A DNA stretch of 44,807 nucleotides from a virus (Duplodnaviria; Heunggongvirae; Uroviricota; Caudoviricetes), in the IMG/VR virus record IMGVR_UViG_2541047834_000005, positions 1 to 44,807 of that record; one strand, written 5' to 3'. Each line of letters starts with the position of its first letter. Position 1 is the stretch's first letter. Positions 10,758 through 20,319 of the stretch are shown here, piece after piece. The notes beneath the pieces were generated by a model. The model was given only the letters and a program-made list of their open reading frames with translations, ran no database searches and had not been told where the DNA came from. Position numbers and translations under genes: made by a program.

Positions 10758-12590
10758 TTACCTAAATCTGGTGTACCCAACATCGTGATTAATATCAATG
10801 CCACTGGAACGTGTTTCCGTAACCCGCATACCTGGTGGCATATTCATAAATGAAACCTTGATCTCGCCATCAACTTTTGGCGCAGAAGCTTTGTTAATCA
10901 TGAAGGGATTCGGGCCTGTGGCATCGGAGGCGTTGTTTGACTGAGCCGGATCCACCGCCGGATAAGGTGTGTATCCCCGCGCCGGTATTCCCGTCCCATA
11001 AGCATCATAAGCACCCGCGCCCCACTGCGCAGAGTTAATGGCATCGACCGTGTCACCGGAACTGTCGGTAAACCACTCAATAATTGGCTTCAGCTTGTCC
11101 CACATATCCTGAAACCACTTAACAACCGGTCCCCAGTTATTGATCACCATCCCCAGCGGCGACCAGGCAAAAACTTTCTTAAGGAGTTCCCAGCCAGCCT
11201 CAAAATAAGGACCAATGGTTTCCCAGAGTTTCTTAAAATAAGGTCCGACAACATCCCAGTTAGTGATAATTAATCCCGCAGCCAGGGCTATCGCCGTCGC
11301 AATCATGCCAATCGGCGTCATCGACATGATCCTGCTGACAATACTGATGGCACCGCCAACGCCCATCAATCCCAGTTTCAGAATCGCAAGACCGGCAGCA
11401 AGCCCGACGACGCCGCGAATAACCCGGGGATTTTCATCCGCAAACTTCGTGAATTTCTCCCCCAACTCCCCCAGCCACTGCGTGATATTTTTGGCGTCAC
11501 CAGAAAATGCGCCGCCAATAGCTGCAAGACCGTTAGTTGCGGTCCCCGTCATTGCCTCCCACAGGTTGGACAGCGTACCAAGCTGAGCCTGAACACGTTT
11601 ATTCAGGCTGGCCTGTTTATTCATCTTCTGCTGGATCTGATCGTAGCCATCCTTTCCTTTATCGATTAGTGCATTGACCACCTGAAGGGTTTCGGCATCA
11701 TCACCAAATATTGCCTTAAGTACGCCTGTTCGCTTAACGTCGGTCAGTTTTCGCAGCTTTGCCAGTTGCCTGAACATGTTATCAAGACCGCCAAAACTCC
11801 CTTTGCCGTCAGTAAAATCGAGCTGTACCCCGAGTTTCTGGCGGGCCATGATTTTATTGACGTCCCTGATTTTCTTAACGCTTAATCCGGACTGGATAAC
11901 TTTTCGCAGGGCGTTACCTGCCGACTCCCCGTTCATCCCCATCTGATCCATCATGACGCTGATGGGGGCAAGGCTCTGTGCAGCCTGAAGACCGTCCTTG
12001 TTCACCATCTTCAGAACAGAGCTGGTTTTAGTGAAGAAGGACAACATGTTGGTATCGTCAACGCCCAGATAAAACGCCTTCTGGATAGTGTCGAACAGCC
12101 CCATCATGTCTTTTGACGCCGTTCCGGTAGCATCCTGCATCTTTGCGGCAAACTCGGCAGCCGCTTCCGGTGTTTTTTTCAGTTGTACCGCAAGATAAGC
12201 TGTCGCTTTACCCACACCGCCAAGAATGTTTTCTGCCGGGATCCCCTGACGCACCAGCATCTGCATCATGTTCTGGAAATCAGCCGTTGTACCGGGTAGC
12301 TGATTACCCAGGCCAATAGCCAGTTTATTGATGTCCTGAAAGCTCTTTCCAACCTCGCCGTTCGCATCCATCATGGCGACTTTCAGCCCGGTGGCGGCGT
12401 TTTCCTGATCGGCATAAGATTTCAGGGAAAGCGTCAGACCCGCTGCCAGTCCGCCTCCAAGCGCCAGCCCACCCTGTGACGCTTCTTCCGCCTGGCGTTT
12501 AAATCCCCGGATTTTCTTTTGCATTTTCGACAGCGCGGGAGAAAGCCTGTCGACACCGGTGATCAACGCCTTAAGCTCAAATTCCGCCAT
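10758..12590 (-). CDS. Tail tape measure protein
   Basis: 610 aa, Ala/Gly-rich with central hydrophobic segments; follows chaperone genes. Confidence 0.8.
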   Translation of the reverse strand: MAEFELKALITGVDRLSPALSKMQKKIRGFKRQAEEASQGGLALGGGLAAGLTLSLKSYADQENAATGLKVAMMDANGEVGKSFQDINKLAIGLGNQLPGTTADFQNMMQMLVRQGIPAENILGGVGKATAYLAVQLKKTPEAAAEFAAKMQDATGTASKDMMGLFDTIQKAFYLGVDDTNMLSFFTKTSSVLKMVNKDGLQAAQSLAPISVMMDQMGMNGESAGNALRKVIQSGLSVKKIRDVNKIMARQKLGVQLDFTDGKGSFGGLDNMFRQLAKLRKLTDVKRTGVLKAIFGDDAETLQVVNALIDKGKDGYDQIQQKMNKQASLNKRVQAQLGTLSNLWEAMTGTATNGLAAIGGAFSGDAKNITQWLGELGEKFTKFADENPRVIRGVVGLAAGLAILKLGLMGVGGAISIVSRIMSMTPIGMIATAIALAAGLIITNWDVVGPYFKKLWETIGPYFEAGWELLKKVFAWSPLGMVINNWGPVVKWFQDMWDKLKPIIEWFTDSSGDTVDAINSAQWGAGAYDAYGTGIPARGYTPYPAVDPAQSNNASDATGPNPFMINKASAPKVDGEIKVSFMNMPPGMRVTETRSSGIDINHDVGYTRFR

Positions 12591-12765
12591 GTGCGCGTTT
12601 CTCCTGCTCTATCCTGTTTGCCTGACTGACCAGCAAGGGAATTTCACTGATCGGCATATTCAGCAATTCGAAGGGATTAATGCGCCAGTAGCTGGCGCAG
12701 TCAAAGAAGCGATCAGTGAGGTATTCAGCCGTCAGGCCTGGAGGAAAAAACCAGCCACAAGCCAC
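12577..12765 (-). CDS. Possible -1 frameshift extension of the tail assembly chaperone
   Basis: 62-aa ORF overlapping the 3' end of the chaperone ORF in another frame, directly upstream of the tape measure. Confidence 0.35.
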   Translation of the reverse strand: MACGWFFPPGLTAEYLTDRFFDCASYWRINPFELLNMPISEIPLLVSQANRIEQEKRAHGGI

Positions 12766-13001
12766 GCCGCTGCATTCAGGTCTGCCGGAGACATCTGGTC
12801 GACAGAGCTTTGCGGCACTTTCGCCAGCCGCACAATGTATTTCGATACAACATGCGCCAGAAGTCTGACGGACTCATCCTGATTCATCTGGTAGGGATAC
12901 CCCAGCTCGCGGACATCTTTCCCGGTGGGCTCATCAAACTCCAGTACGGAGAGTGTCTCGCCATGAGCGGTAATCGGTTTCTTTAACTCAAGCTCTTTCA
13001 T
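12732..13001 (-). CDS. Tail assembly chaperone
   Basis: 89 aa between tube and tape measure. Confidence 0.5.
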   Translation of the reverse strand: MKELELKKPITAHGETLSVLEFDEPTGKDVRELGYPYQMNQDESVRLLAHVVSKYIVRLAKVPQSSVDQMSPADLNAAAWLVAGFFLQA

Positions 13002-13357
13002 TACTGGTAATCCCCTTCTTCACCGTGGAACTCAAGATCAACCGTGCCTTCTTCGGCATTATGGTTCGCTTCGCCGTGCAGCCAGGCTGACGACAATACA
13101 TAGACCTGACCGTTCGCCAGCTCAGCAGTGATGGTCATCTCATCAGACGAGGTGATTTTGCTCACCGGAAAATTCTTCGGCACCTTGAAGGTCCCTTTGA
13201 CATAAGGCGCACGGTGAGTTTCCTTGCGGTCCACTGAACCGTCCAGGCCGATGATGTCATCATTGACCGTCCTGTTCATGGGCACCTCAATGCCGCCGGT
13301 CAGCGATAGCTGCTGACCGTCAATTTTGAAATAACAGGTTCCCCCGATACGGGCCAT
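13001..13357 (-). CDS. Tail tube protein (contractile tail)
   Basis: 118 aa immediately after the sheath gene. Confidence 0.7.
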   Translation of the reverse strand: MARIGGTCYFKIDGQQLSLTGGIEVPMNRTVNDDIIGLDGSVDRKETHRAPYVKGTFKVPKNFPVSKITSSDEMTITAELANGQVYVLSSAWLHGEANHNAEEGTVDLEFHGEEGDYQ

Positions 13358-14853
13358 TATGCAGACTCCTCTGAATACTGAAGACGGAACTGGTTAACCA
13401 CGGCAAAAACACGCAACTGGTTAACATAGTCAGGCGGGAACAGCGTGTTCAGGCGGTTCGGATCGCTGGCATCACGCTCCACAACCAGGTACTGCTTAAA
13501 CAGTTCGTAGTTTTCCACGATCCCCGCACGCTCAAGCTGACGGTAGGTTGCCAGCAGTTCCCCTTTGATTACCGCCGGGGTGACAATCGCCTGACCGGGA
13601 CCAAAGCGGGTACCGTCGCTGGCAAGCTTGTGACGCCCGTACTTACTGGTAATGACGGATTTCAGTTTGCGCAGTACATACGCACTGGTATGCAGCGTCT
13701 CGCTGTCGAGGTAGCTGTTATCCGCAACCCCGTAAGAATTTTTCCTGTACGTGGTGACATCACGCTGAATGCGCAGCACCCCGCTTTCGACATACGCCGT
13801 TGCCACGCCATGAGACAACAGGGTCTGCTGCTCGGTCATCGTGAACAGTTTCCCCTTCGGCGCAGGCAGCATACCCACCAGCTCACCGGTCTGCGTGGGA
13901 CGTGCCGGATCGTTGCGGATAAACACCGCTGCGCGGGCGGTACGGCTTGCCGCCAGCTCGTCGGCAGGCGTCTGGGTCTCTTTTTCGTACCCCGCCAGGG
14001 TAATGTGCTGCTGGTTAAACTGGTCACCAGCGGTCACCAGTTCTGACAGCGTGCCGATCTTTGCCGTATACACATGACCGTACAGCTGACGCGCATAGCT
14101 CCAGCGACCGCTGGTATCGTTCATCTCGGTCACCAGCGTGTTAACGGAGGCCGTGTCGTTGAACGGCAGGCCGATATAATCAAACGGCTCATCCGCCATT
14201 GCAGCCACCGCGCCGGTGAGAACCGGAGCACCCGTTCCGGCGGTACCCGTCGCCACGGCAATCTGTACGCCCGCTGGCAGCACTTCGCCCCCACCAAAGC
14301 CATAGTAATTGAGGCTGACAGGAATTTCATTCCCGCAAAGCCCCTTATGACGCGCGGTCAGTGTGACCACGCCTGCCGAAGATGAAGCCGTAAACGGCAG
14401 GGTCGGAACGGCATTGATGGCATCCTGGATACTGCTGACAATCATCGTGACGTTATCGCCGTTAGTCACCGGTGCCTGCACGCGGGTACGTCCCACATAC
14501 ACATTCACCGTGCCGGTTTCGGTTGCCGCCCCGGTCACCGTCAGCGTAACCGTTGCCGCCGCGCCTGTGGATTCAGGAACGGCAATCACATACAGCTCGC
14601 CAAACGGGTCAGTCTGGCGATAAGCCTCGACCATACGCGCCAGCTGACTTCCCGCACCACAAATCTGGCGTGCATAGTCTGCCGACGACATCAGTACCAG
14701 ACTGTTGGCAACAATCTCTGCACCGTTATTGGCATGACCAATCAGCAGCGATGCTCCGCTGTCCTGTGCAGTATTCGCCGCCTGGTTATCCATTTCCGCA
14801 TAAAACAGCGGAACCAGCGTATTCGACGGAATGGTGTTAAAGCTTATCGTCAT
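13357..14853 (-). CDS. Tail sheath protein (Mu L-like)
   Basis: 498 aa; size and position before the tube gene indicate a myovirus-type tail. Confidence 0.8.
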   Translation of the reverse strand: MTISFNTIPSNTLVPLFYAEMDNQAANTAQDSGASLLIGHANNGAEIVANSLVLMSSADYARQICGAGSQLARMVEAYRQTDPFGELYVIAVPESTGAAATVTLTVTGAATETGTVNVYVGRTRVQAPVTNGDNVTMIVSSIQDAINAVPTLPFTASSSAGVVTLTARHKGLCGNEIPVSLNYYGFGGGEVLPAGVQIAVATGTAGTGAPVLTGAVAAMADEPFDYIGLPFNDTASVNTLVTEMNDTSGRWSYARQLYGHVYTAKIGTLSELVTAGDQFNQQHITLAGYEKETQTPADELAASRTARAAVFIRNDPARPTQTGELVGMLPAPKGKLFTMTEQQTLLSHGVATAYVESGVLRIQRDVTTYRKNSYGVADNSYLDSETLHTSAYVLRKLKSVITSKYGRHKLASDGTRFGPGQAIVTPAVIKGELLATYRQLERAGIVENYELFKQYLVVERDASDPNRLNTLFPPDYVNQLRVFAVVNQFRLQYSEESA

Positions 14854-15007
14854 CGGTGTTCACCTTTTTATTCACGCGCCGGATATCACCCGCTGCTTCA
14901 CGGCGCAGCCAGTAGTTGTTCTCGTCAACATTTCGCCCTTCGACGGGCAAAAGGTCACCGCGGGCAGGGTCAGGCACTGACCGCCCTTTAACAGGTTTCA
15001 CAAACAT
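14837..15007 (-). CDS. Small hypothetical protein (56 aa) upstream of sheath
   Basis: ATG ORF (MFVKPVKGRSVPDPARGDLLPVEG...) filling the gap and overlapping the sheath start. Confidence 0.25.
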   Translation of the reverse strand: MFVKPVKGRSVPDPARGDLLPVEGRNVDENNYWLRREAAGDIRRVNKKVNTDDDKL

Positions 15008-15015
15008 GAAGATTC

Positions 15016-15576
15016 TCAGGAAGGAAGGGTTATTTCGGTGTGATGTTCGATATCGCCGTCAGGCCCGTTACCGGGCTCGAGATAATCAACATCAATCGCC
15101 AGCGTTTGCAGTTCATCCAGACTGTTCAGATCATCCTGCTGGCGGGTATCGTCTTCAGTCAGCTCGCTGATGACCGAAAAATCGAACTGATAAATCAGCT
15201 CATGACGATTCAGATCCAGCAGCGTGCCGCCGTCATAGGTAATCGGGTTACCGCACGCTTCCGGGTTCCAGCCCAGCAGGGCCTTAAAGAGCATCTGCCG
15301 GACATCGTCCACCACATCATACGAGGCAAACTGACCGCGCTCATCACGCCCGTTACTCAGTATGACAACCACGGAGAAGCCCTCTTTCAGCTCCTGCCAG
15401 TAGTCGGTCTGGCTTTTGTTTTCTCCCGGAGAGTCATCACCCGGTACCACATACGCCGCCGGGAGTCTCAGCTTTCCGACCTCCGGCAGATTTTTGAACT
15501 GTGCCGCGCCTGCCACCCGGTTTTCAAAATACGGGCAGCGGGCACGCAGCGCAGCAATAACAGGCGTCAGTTTCAT
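15016..15576 (-). CDS. Virion morphogenesis / tail completion protein
   Basis: 186 aa in the head-tail joining block. Confidence 0.4.
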   Translation of the reverse strand: MKLTPVIAALRARCPYFENRVAGAAQFKNLPEVGKLRLPAAYVVPGDDSPGENKSQTDYWQELKEGFSVVVILSNGRDERGQFASYDVVDDVRQMLFKALLGWNPEACGNPITYDGGTLLDLNRHELIYQFDFSVISELTEDDTRQQDDLNSLDELQTLAIDVDYLEPGNGPDGDIEHHTEITLPS

Positions 15577-16079
15577 CTGTGTCGTCTCTCCGGCTTCAGT
15601 GATTTACGCAATTCCCGCGCCAGAAAATAGCGTGTCCAGCTGCGGTTCTTTTCAAGAGTTTCCACCATGAAGTTATTACGTGGAGCCAGTCGCCAGCCGC
15701 TGCCACCGGATGCACCACGATGATGACTACGACGACGTTTTGCTCCTCCCCGGACACCAAAAAACAGAAACGCCGGATAGAAGTCACCAGAGATCATCCG
15801 GTTCCCCTTCCCGTTGCGCTGGTTAGGTGCAATGCGTGTCATAAAACCGGCTCGCTTTTTACTGGCTCTCGGCACCATATAACCAATCGAACGAGCCAGG
15901 CGTCCGGTCTGATAACCGGGGTTTTCACCCGGTGCCGACCGCGCACGGCGCATCACCAGCCGACGGGCATCACGCATATGACGCTGCCCAATCGTGACAA
16001 ACGCCCTCCGGACACGGGCGCGGTTAAAGCGCATCTCGGCGGGCTGCTGAACATCAACGTGAAAAAAGGGAGTCGCCAT
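15573..16079 (-). CDS. Head-tail joining protein (HK97 gp10-like)
   Basis: 168 aa, basic, overlaps neighbours. Confidence 0.4.
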   Translation of the reverse strand: MATPFFHVDVQQPAEMRFNRARVRRAFVTIGQRHMRDARRLVMRRARSAPGENPGYQTGRLARSIGYMVPRASKKRAGFMTRIAPNQRNGKGNRMISGDFYPAFLFFGVRGGAKRRRSHHRGASGGSGWRLAPRNNFMVETLEKNRSWTRYFLARELRKSLKPERRHR

Positions 16080-16464
16080 TGCTGCCTCCGTGACTCTGCC
16101 TACATTCGCCCAGCTCCGTACACTCCAGCAGCAGAAAGCGCCGCGCCCCGTTCAGATCACGCTGACGTTTCACCCGGTACACACTGTCATCACAGACCAC
16201 CTCATAATCAGCAGTGATCCCCCGGCGGTAACGAATGGTGATGTAATGGGTGATGGCGTCCCCGGTCTGCGCGGTTTCCTGCCAGGTGGTGGCACTGGTC
16301 TGGATAACCTTCGCCCATGTCCGGAACGTAACCGGGTATTGAGGCTCCACGCCAAAGTTATCCGCGGGCATATCCACCCGCTGGCGGATCAGGACGCGTT
16401 TATTCAGTTCACCGGGGTCCGGCAGAATGTAGGTTGCGCTGGTCTGCGCCTGACGAATTTTCAT
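16054..16464 (-). CDS. Head-tail adaptor / head closure protein
   Basis: 136 aa following the gp6-like connector. Confidence 0.45.
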   Translation of the reverse strand: MKIRQAQTSATYILPDPGELNKRVLIRQRVDMPADNFGVEPQYPVTFRTWAKVIQTSATTWQETAQTGDAITHYITIRYRRGITADYEVVCDDSVYRVKRQRDLNGARRFLLLECTELGECRQSHGGSNGDSLFSR

Positions 16465-16784
16465 TGCGGAAAGTACCTGTACGGGCCGACAAGCCAGCCA
16501 AAACTCTGCGGCATGTCGAGTTTCTCCACTTCCGTAACCGACGAGCGGTTTTCGTAAAAATGGCTGATAAGCATCAGCATCCCCAGACGAATATCATCCG
16601 GCAGGTGCAGCCCGTCCGGATCGCTGTCCGGAATGGTTTCATCCGGTGCATAGAGCTTCCGGTTCAGATACGTTTCCGTCCGCTTTTGTGCCGCACAGGC
16701 CAGCAGTTGCAGATGGCGGTCATCAGCATCGAAATCCTCATCCAGCCGGAGTTGGGCTTTAATCTCTTCCATTGTCAGAAGCAT
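16461..16784 (-). CDS. gp6-like head-tail connector protein
   Basis: 107 aa, acidic N-terminus, typical family member after the capsid gene. Confidence 0.6.
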   Translation of the reverse strand: MLLTMEEIKAQLRLDEDFDADDRHLQLLACAAQKRTETYLNRKLYAPDETIPDSDPDGLHLPDDIRLGMLMLISHFYENRSSVTEVEKLDMPQSFGWLVGPYRYFPQ

Positions 16785-16786
16785 AC

Positions 16787-16987
16787 TCAGCCCTCTTTAC
16801 TGGTCGTGGCTTTTTTCTCTTTTGCCGCTTTACTGCTTTTTGCACTGATTCCGCGCTCTGCTAACCCGGCCTGAAGTGCAATCTCCTGCACCCGGGCAGG
16901 AAGCGCCCCGTCGTCATACTCACCGGCCCGAATGACCTCAACACGCATACCGTCCGGTGACCATTTCAGATCTTGTTTCAGGATCAT
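16787..16987 (-). CDS. Small hypothetical head-associated protein
   Basis: 66-aa ORF between capsid and connector. Confidence 0.35.
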   Translation of the reverse strand: MILKQDLKWSPDGMRVEVIRAGEYDDGALPARVQEIALQAGLAERGISAKSSKAAKEKKATTSKEG

Positions 16988-17036
16988 GATTCTTCACCCG
17001 TCAGAACAGGGGGCGCGGTTCCGCGCCCCTGAGTGA

Positions 17037-18242
17037 TTACGCCGCTGCAATCTTCAGCAGTTTGATGGCCTGCGAATCGACCAGCATCCCGCCGGTGCGC
17101 TTGGTGGTATAAAAACCGACAAACGGTTTATTGGTGTACGGGTCACGCAGAATGCGGGTGCCGATACGGTCAACGATGGTGTAACCCCGTTTGAAGTTAC
17201 CAAATGCAATGGCTTTCGCATCAGCGGCGATATCCGGCATCTGTTCGTTTTCAGCGATACCGTAACCCGCCAGAGAGGACGGCTGCCCCAGTTCCAGCCC
17301 CGGACGCCACAGATAGTTACCCTCGGTGTCTTTCAGCAGACGTATGGCAAACAGGCTGTTGTTGTTCATCATGAACTTCGCGCCAGTGCGGTGTGCCTTA
17401 CGCAGCGTGTAAATCAGTTTGATAATGGCGTCTGCGGTCACCGCGGTCGCTTCGCCGGATACAATATGCTGAAGTTTGCCGAACGCCCGGACCTTGTCGG
17501 TTTCATCAGTGGATTCATACGCCAGGAACCCTTTCGGCTTCTTGGTGCCATTGCCTGAGGTAAAGGCAATTTCTTCCTGTTCGGCAAATTCGGTTGCCAG
17601 CTCGCTGTTGATCCAGGCCTCCACGTTGAAGAAGGCATCGTCCAGCATTTTCTGGGTAGCCTGCGGGTTGCCGTAGATTTCCCCCATGAGAGGTTCAATC
17701 AGCTCCAGTCTGGAGGTGGCAGTCTGGGATCGCGTATCCGTTTCCCCCACCCATCCGGAAGCCGTACCGCCCAGATTCACCAGTTTTTTGTAGTCGGAAC
17801 CGCCAACGGTGATCACCGTGGCTTCCTGACGCATCACCACTTCATCTTTCAGCAGGTTAAGAATGTTGCGATCCAGTTCTTCCGGCACGGCGTAGCCACC
17901 GTCTTCATCGGTACCCACCTGCAATGCCTTACGCTCCAGATCGCGCAGACCGTCTTCACGGCCTTTACGCAGGAAGCCCACAAACGCCTCTTTATGCTCG
18001 GTGGCCAGTTTATTTTGCGCTCCACCTGCCGGACGTTTCAGCTCAAGCAGCTCTTTTTCAAGGTCGCTTTTGAGATTTTCCAGCTCGCTGAGTTTCCCGT
18101 TCAGGGTTTCCACCTGCCCGGCAAGCTTGCCTTTTTCCTGCTCAATCGCATCCACGCGCTTGTCGTTCTTTGCTTTGAAGTCGTCAAACTTCTGCTGCAG
18201 CTCCTGCGCGACCTGTTCGACATCTTTAATATCAACCGCCAT
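17037..18242 (-). CDS. Major capsid protein, HK97 family
   Basis: 401 aa with N-terminal coiled-coil delta domain, then HK97-fold capsid region. Confidence 0.85.
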   Translation of the reverse strand: MAVDIKDVEQVAQELQQKFDDFKAKNDKRVDAIEQEKGKLAGQVETLNGKLSELENLKSDLEKELLELKRPAGGAQNKLATEHKEAFVGFLRKGREDGLRDLERKALQVGTDEDGGYAVPEELDRNILNLLKDEVVMRQEATVITVGGSDYKKLVNLGGTASGWVGETDTRSQTATSRLELIEPLMGEIYGNPQATQKMLDDAFFNVEAWINSELATEFAEQEEIAFTSGNGTKKPKGFLAYESTDETDKVRAFGKLQHIVSGEATAVTADAIIKLIYTLRKAHRTGAKFMMNNNSLFAIRLLKDTEGNYLWRPGLELGQPSSLAGYGIAENEQMPDIAADAKAIAFGNFKRGYTIVDRIGTRILRDPYTNKPFVGFYTTKRTGGMLVDSQAIKLLKIAAA

Positions 18243-18256
18243 CGTATTTCTCCTGA

Positions 18257-18943
18257 TTAGAAGTTCAGATTTTTCAGTGCATTCAGTGCAGAGCCCACAT
18301 CCTCAGCGTCGCGCAGGGACAGTGCGCCATAGCCCCCGGCCATGAATGCTTTGGCCTGGGTACGGGAGAGTCCGACATCACGCAGGACTCTTTCGATTTT
18401 TTTCTGTTCGGGGATTTCCCCGCGGGCCAGTGCGTTCTTGACGTCGCTGATCCGCGCCTCGTCGTTAGACGGGAACGTCACCAGGCTGACTTCCCAGAGG
18501 TCGATTTCTTTCAGCAGAAAGGCTTCTTTGCTCCGGTCGTATTCCCAGTCTTTCAGGACGTACCCAATAGAAAGGCCGGTTAACGAACCGGCCTTCATGT
18601 GTGCATGTGCGCGTTTTGCGAGGGGATCATCATCAATAAGCAACCGTCCCCTGACGTAAAGCCCGACATCGTCTTCCTTCATTTCGGTGTAAACACCGAT
18701 GGGTTCATCCATGCGGTGCTGCCAGAGCAGCGCAGGTAACGCTTTTCTGTCACTCCACGCCCGCAGGGAAGCAGCAAATGCCCCGGACATCACCACATCA
18801 TCGTGGCTGTCCTTTACACCAAAGACGGAGCCATACCCTTCAAACTCACCGGAGTCACTGACAGATTTCAGACTCAGCGGTACATCAAGACGTTGTTTCG
18901 TCTGCATTGGCGTTATCCTTCTGCTTACCGGCTTTACTGCCAT
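18257..18943 (-). CDS. Prohead protease (HK97 family)
   Basis: 228 aa between portal and capsid. Confidence 0.8.
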   Translation of the reverse strand: MAVKPVSRRITPMQTKQRLDVPLSLKSVSDSGEFEGYGSVFGVKDSHDDVVMSGAFAASLRAWSDRKALPALLWQHRMDEPIGVYTEMKEDDVGLYVRGRLLIDDDPLAKRAHAHMKAGSLTGLSIGYVLKDWEYDRSKEAFLLKEIDLWEVSLVTFPSNDEARISDVKNALARGEIPEQKKIERVLRDVGLSRTQAKAFMAGGYGALSLRDAEDVGSALNALKNLNF

Positions 18944-20126
18944 CGGAGGGTTTCGTGGTCATGTTCATCGGTGTGAGATAGACATCACCACCGGGTCGTG
19001 GATTCATATCTTCCAGGTCGCGGCAGTCATTGGGAGAGTAAATTCCCCAGTTGATCCCGGTGGCGTAGGCTTCAAAACGGGACTTCATATCCCCGCGCAG
19101 TAACGCCCCGGCGTTAAATTTGGCGTAATAAACGCCCTGCTTACTTTTTCGTACCAGTCCGGTGTTGATCCGCTGTTCGATGCGGGTCAGATACGGCACC
19201 AGTGAATAGTTGATAAATCCCAGCCCCAGCTCTTCGATATTGTTGAAGGTGGCGCGATCGGTGTTCTGCACCATGTGCAACGGCACCCGGAACAGACGAC
19301 AGATTTCTTCAAGCTGAAACTTGCGGGTTTCCAGGAACTGGCTGTCCTCGGCGTTCAGCGCCATCGACTTCCAGTCCAGCCCCATCTCAAGGATCATCGG
19401 GCGGTGAGCATTGCCAAGCCCGGTGTGACGCTCCTCAAAATCTTTCTTCAGGCGCTCATAAGCCTGATCTGACAGCGTCTGCTCTGTACGCAACACACCC
19501 GACGTCACCGCGCCATTGCTGAACAGTCTGGCCCCGTGCTCTTCGGTCGCTGCCGCCAGCGATATTGCCTCGCGGGCATAGGCGATGGGATTCAGCCCCA
19601 CCAGTCCGTCCAGCGTCAGCGTGCGCACATGCCAGATATCCTCCTGGCTCAGTACATCCGTGGAGCCATCCGGGAATGTGACCTGATAGACCGGCTCCCA
19701 GCTACTGTTAAGCTTCGGTACCACACAGCCGGGATCGACGGGCAGCAGTTCAGCCACTTCGCCAAATGCTTTCACTTTGTAGGCGTAAAAGTTTCCCCGC
19801 AGGCACAGACAGGTGACCACCAGCTCCCAGAACTCCTGCGGCGTCATATAGCCATTGGGATGCGTGGAGATCAGCTTATGCAGACGTTCGCCAGCGGCTC
19901 TCTGTTTCAGACTGCCGTTCAGGTGATACAGGTTGCAGGGCAACATCCCGACCGACTCCGCCAGCACCCTGACACAGGAAAAAACCGCCGTCAGTCGCAT
20001 GGCCCGCTGGCTGCTGATCTGCTTTCCGGTATAGGTGTCGTAGGACAACCCGATAACATCCGCCAGCTCTGCTGGCGTGGTCACCGGTGCGTCACTTTTT
20101 CGTTGAAATAATCCCGAAAAGAACAC
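18885..20126 (-). CDS. Portal protein (HK97 family)
   Basis: 413 aa following terminase. Confidence 0.85.
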   Translation of the reverse strand: MFFSGLFQRKSDAPVTTPAELADVIGLSYDTYTGKQISSQRAMRLTAVFSCVRVLAESVGMLPCNLYHLNGSLKQRAAGERLHKLISTHPNGYMTPQEFWELVVTCLCLRGNFYAYKVKAFGEVAELLPVDPGCVVPKLNSSWEPVYQVTFPDGSTDVLSQEDIWHVRTLTLDGLVGLNPIAYAREAISLAAATEEHGARLFSNGAVTSGVLRTEQTLSDQAYERLKKDFEERHTGLGNAHRPMILEMGLDWKSMALNAEDSQFLETRKFQLEEICRLFRVPLHMVQNTDRATFNNIEELGLGFINYSLVPYLTRIEQRINTGLVRKSKQGVYYAKFNAGALLRGDMKSRFEAYATGINWGIYSPNDCRDLEDMNPRPGGDVYLTPMNMTTKPSDGSKAGKQKDNANADETTS

Positions 20127-20308
20127 TATTTACCTCCGCCGACAGACGACTGTGTACGGTCGAGATATCGCGCCACCAGCCACGACCAGAACAGACACAA
20201 CGCCCCGGCAACAACAAACCCCGCCGGGGGATAAATCAGCCAGGCACCATACGCCAGCAAAAGCGCCCCCAGCACGCCCACCAGAGGCGCGAGAATCAGC
20301 ATGATCAT
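20126..20308 (-). CDS. Small two-helix hydrophobic protein between terminase and portal
   Basis: 60 aa, [48 protein letters not shown]...; fills the terminase-portal gap. Confidence 0.35.
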
Positions 20309-20319
20309 AATTACCTCAG

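Noticed and set aside
13630-16557. Multiple plus-strand ORFs (e.g. 13630-14046, 15040-15630, 15720-16217, 16090-16557)
   Set aside because: All lie antisense within GC-rich tail and head genes and overlap them extensively, with Arg/Pro-rich composition typical of shadow ORFs.
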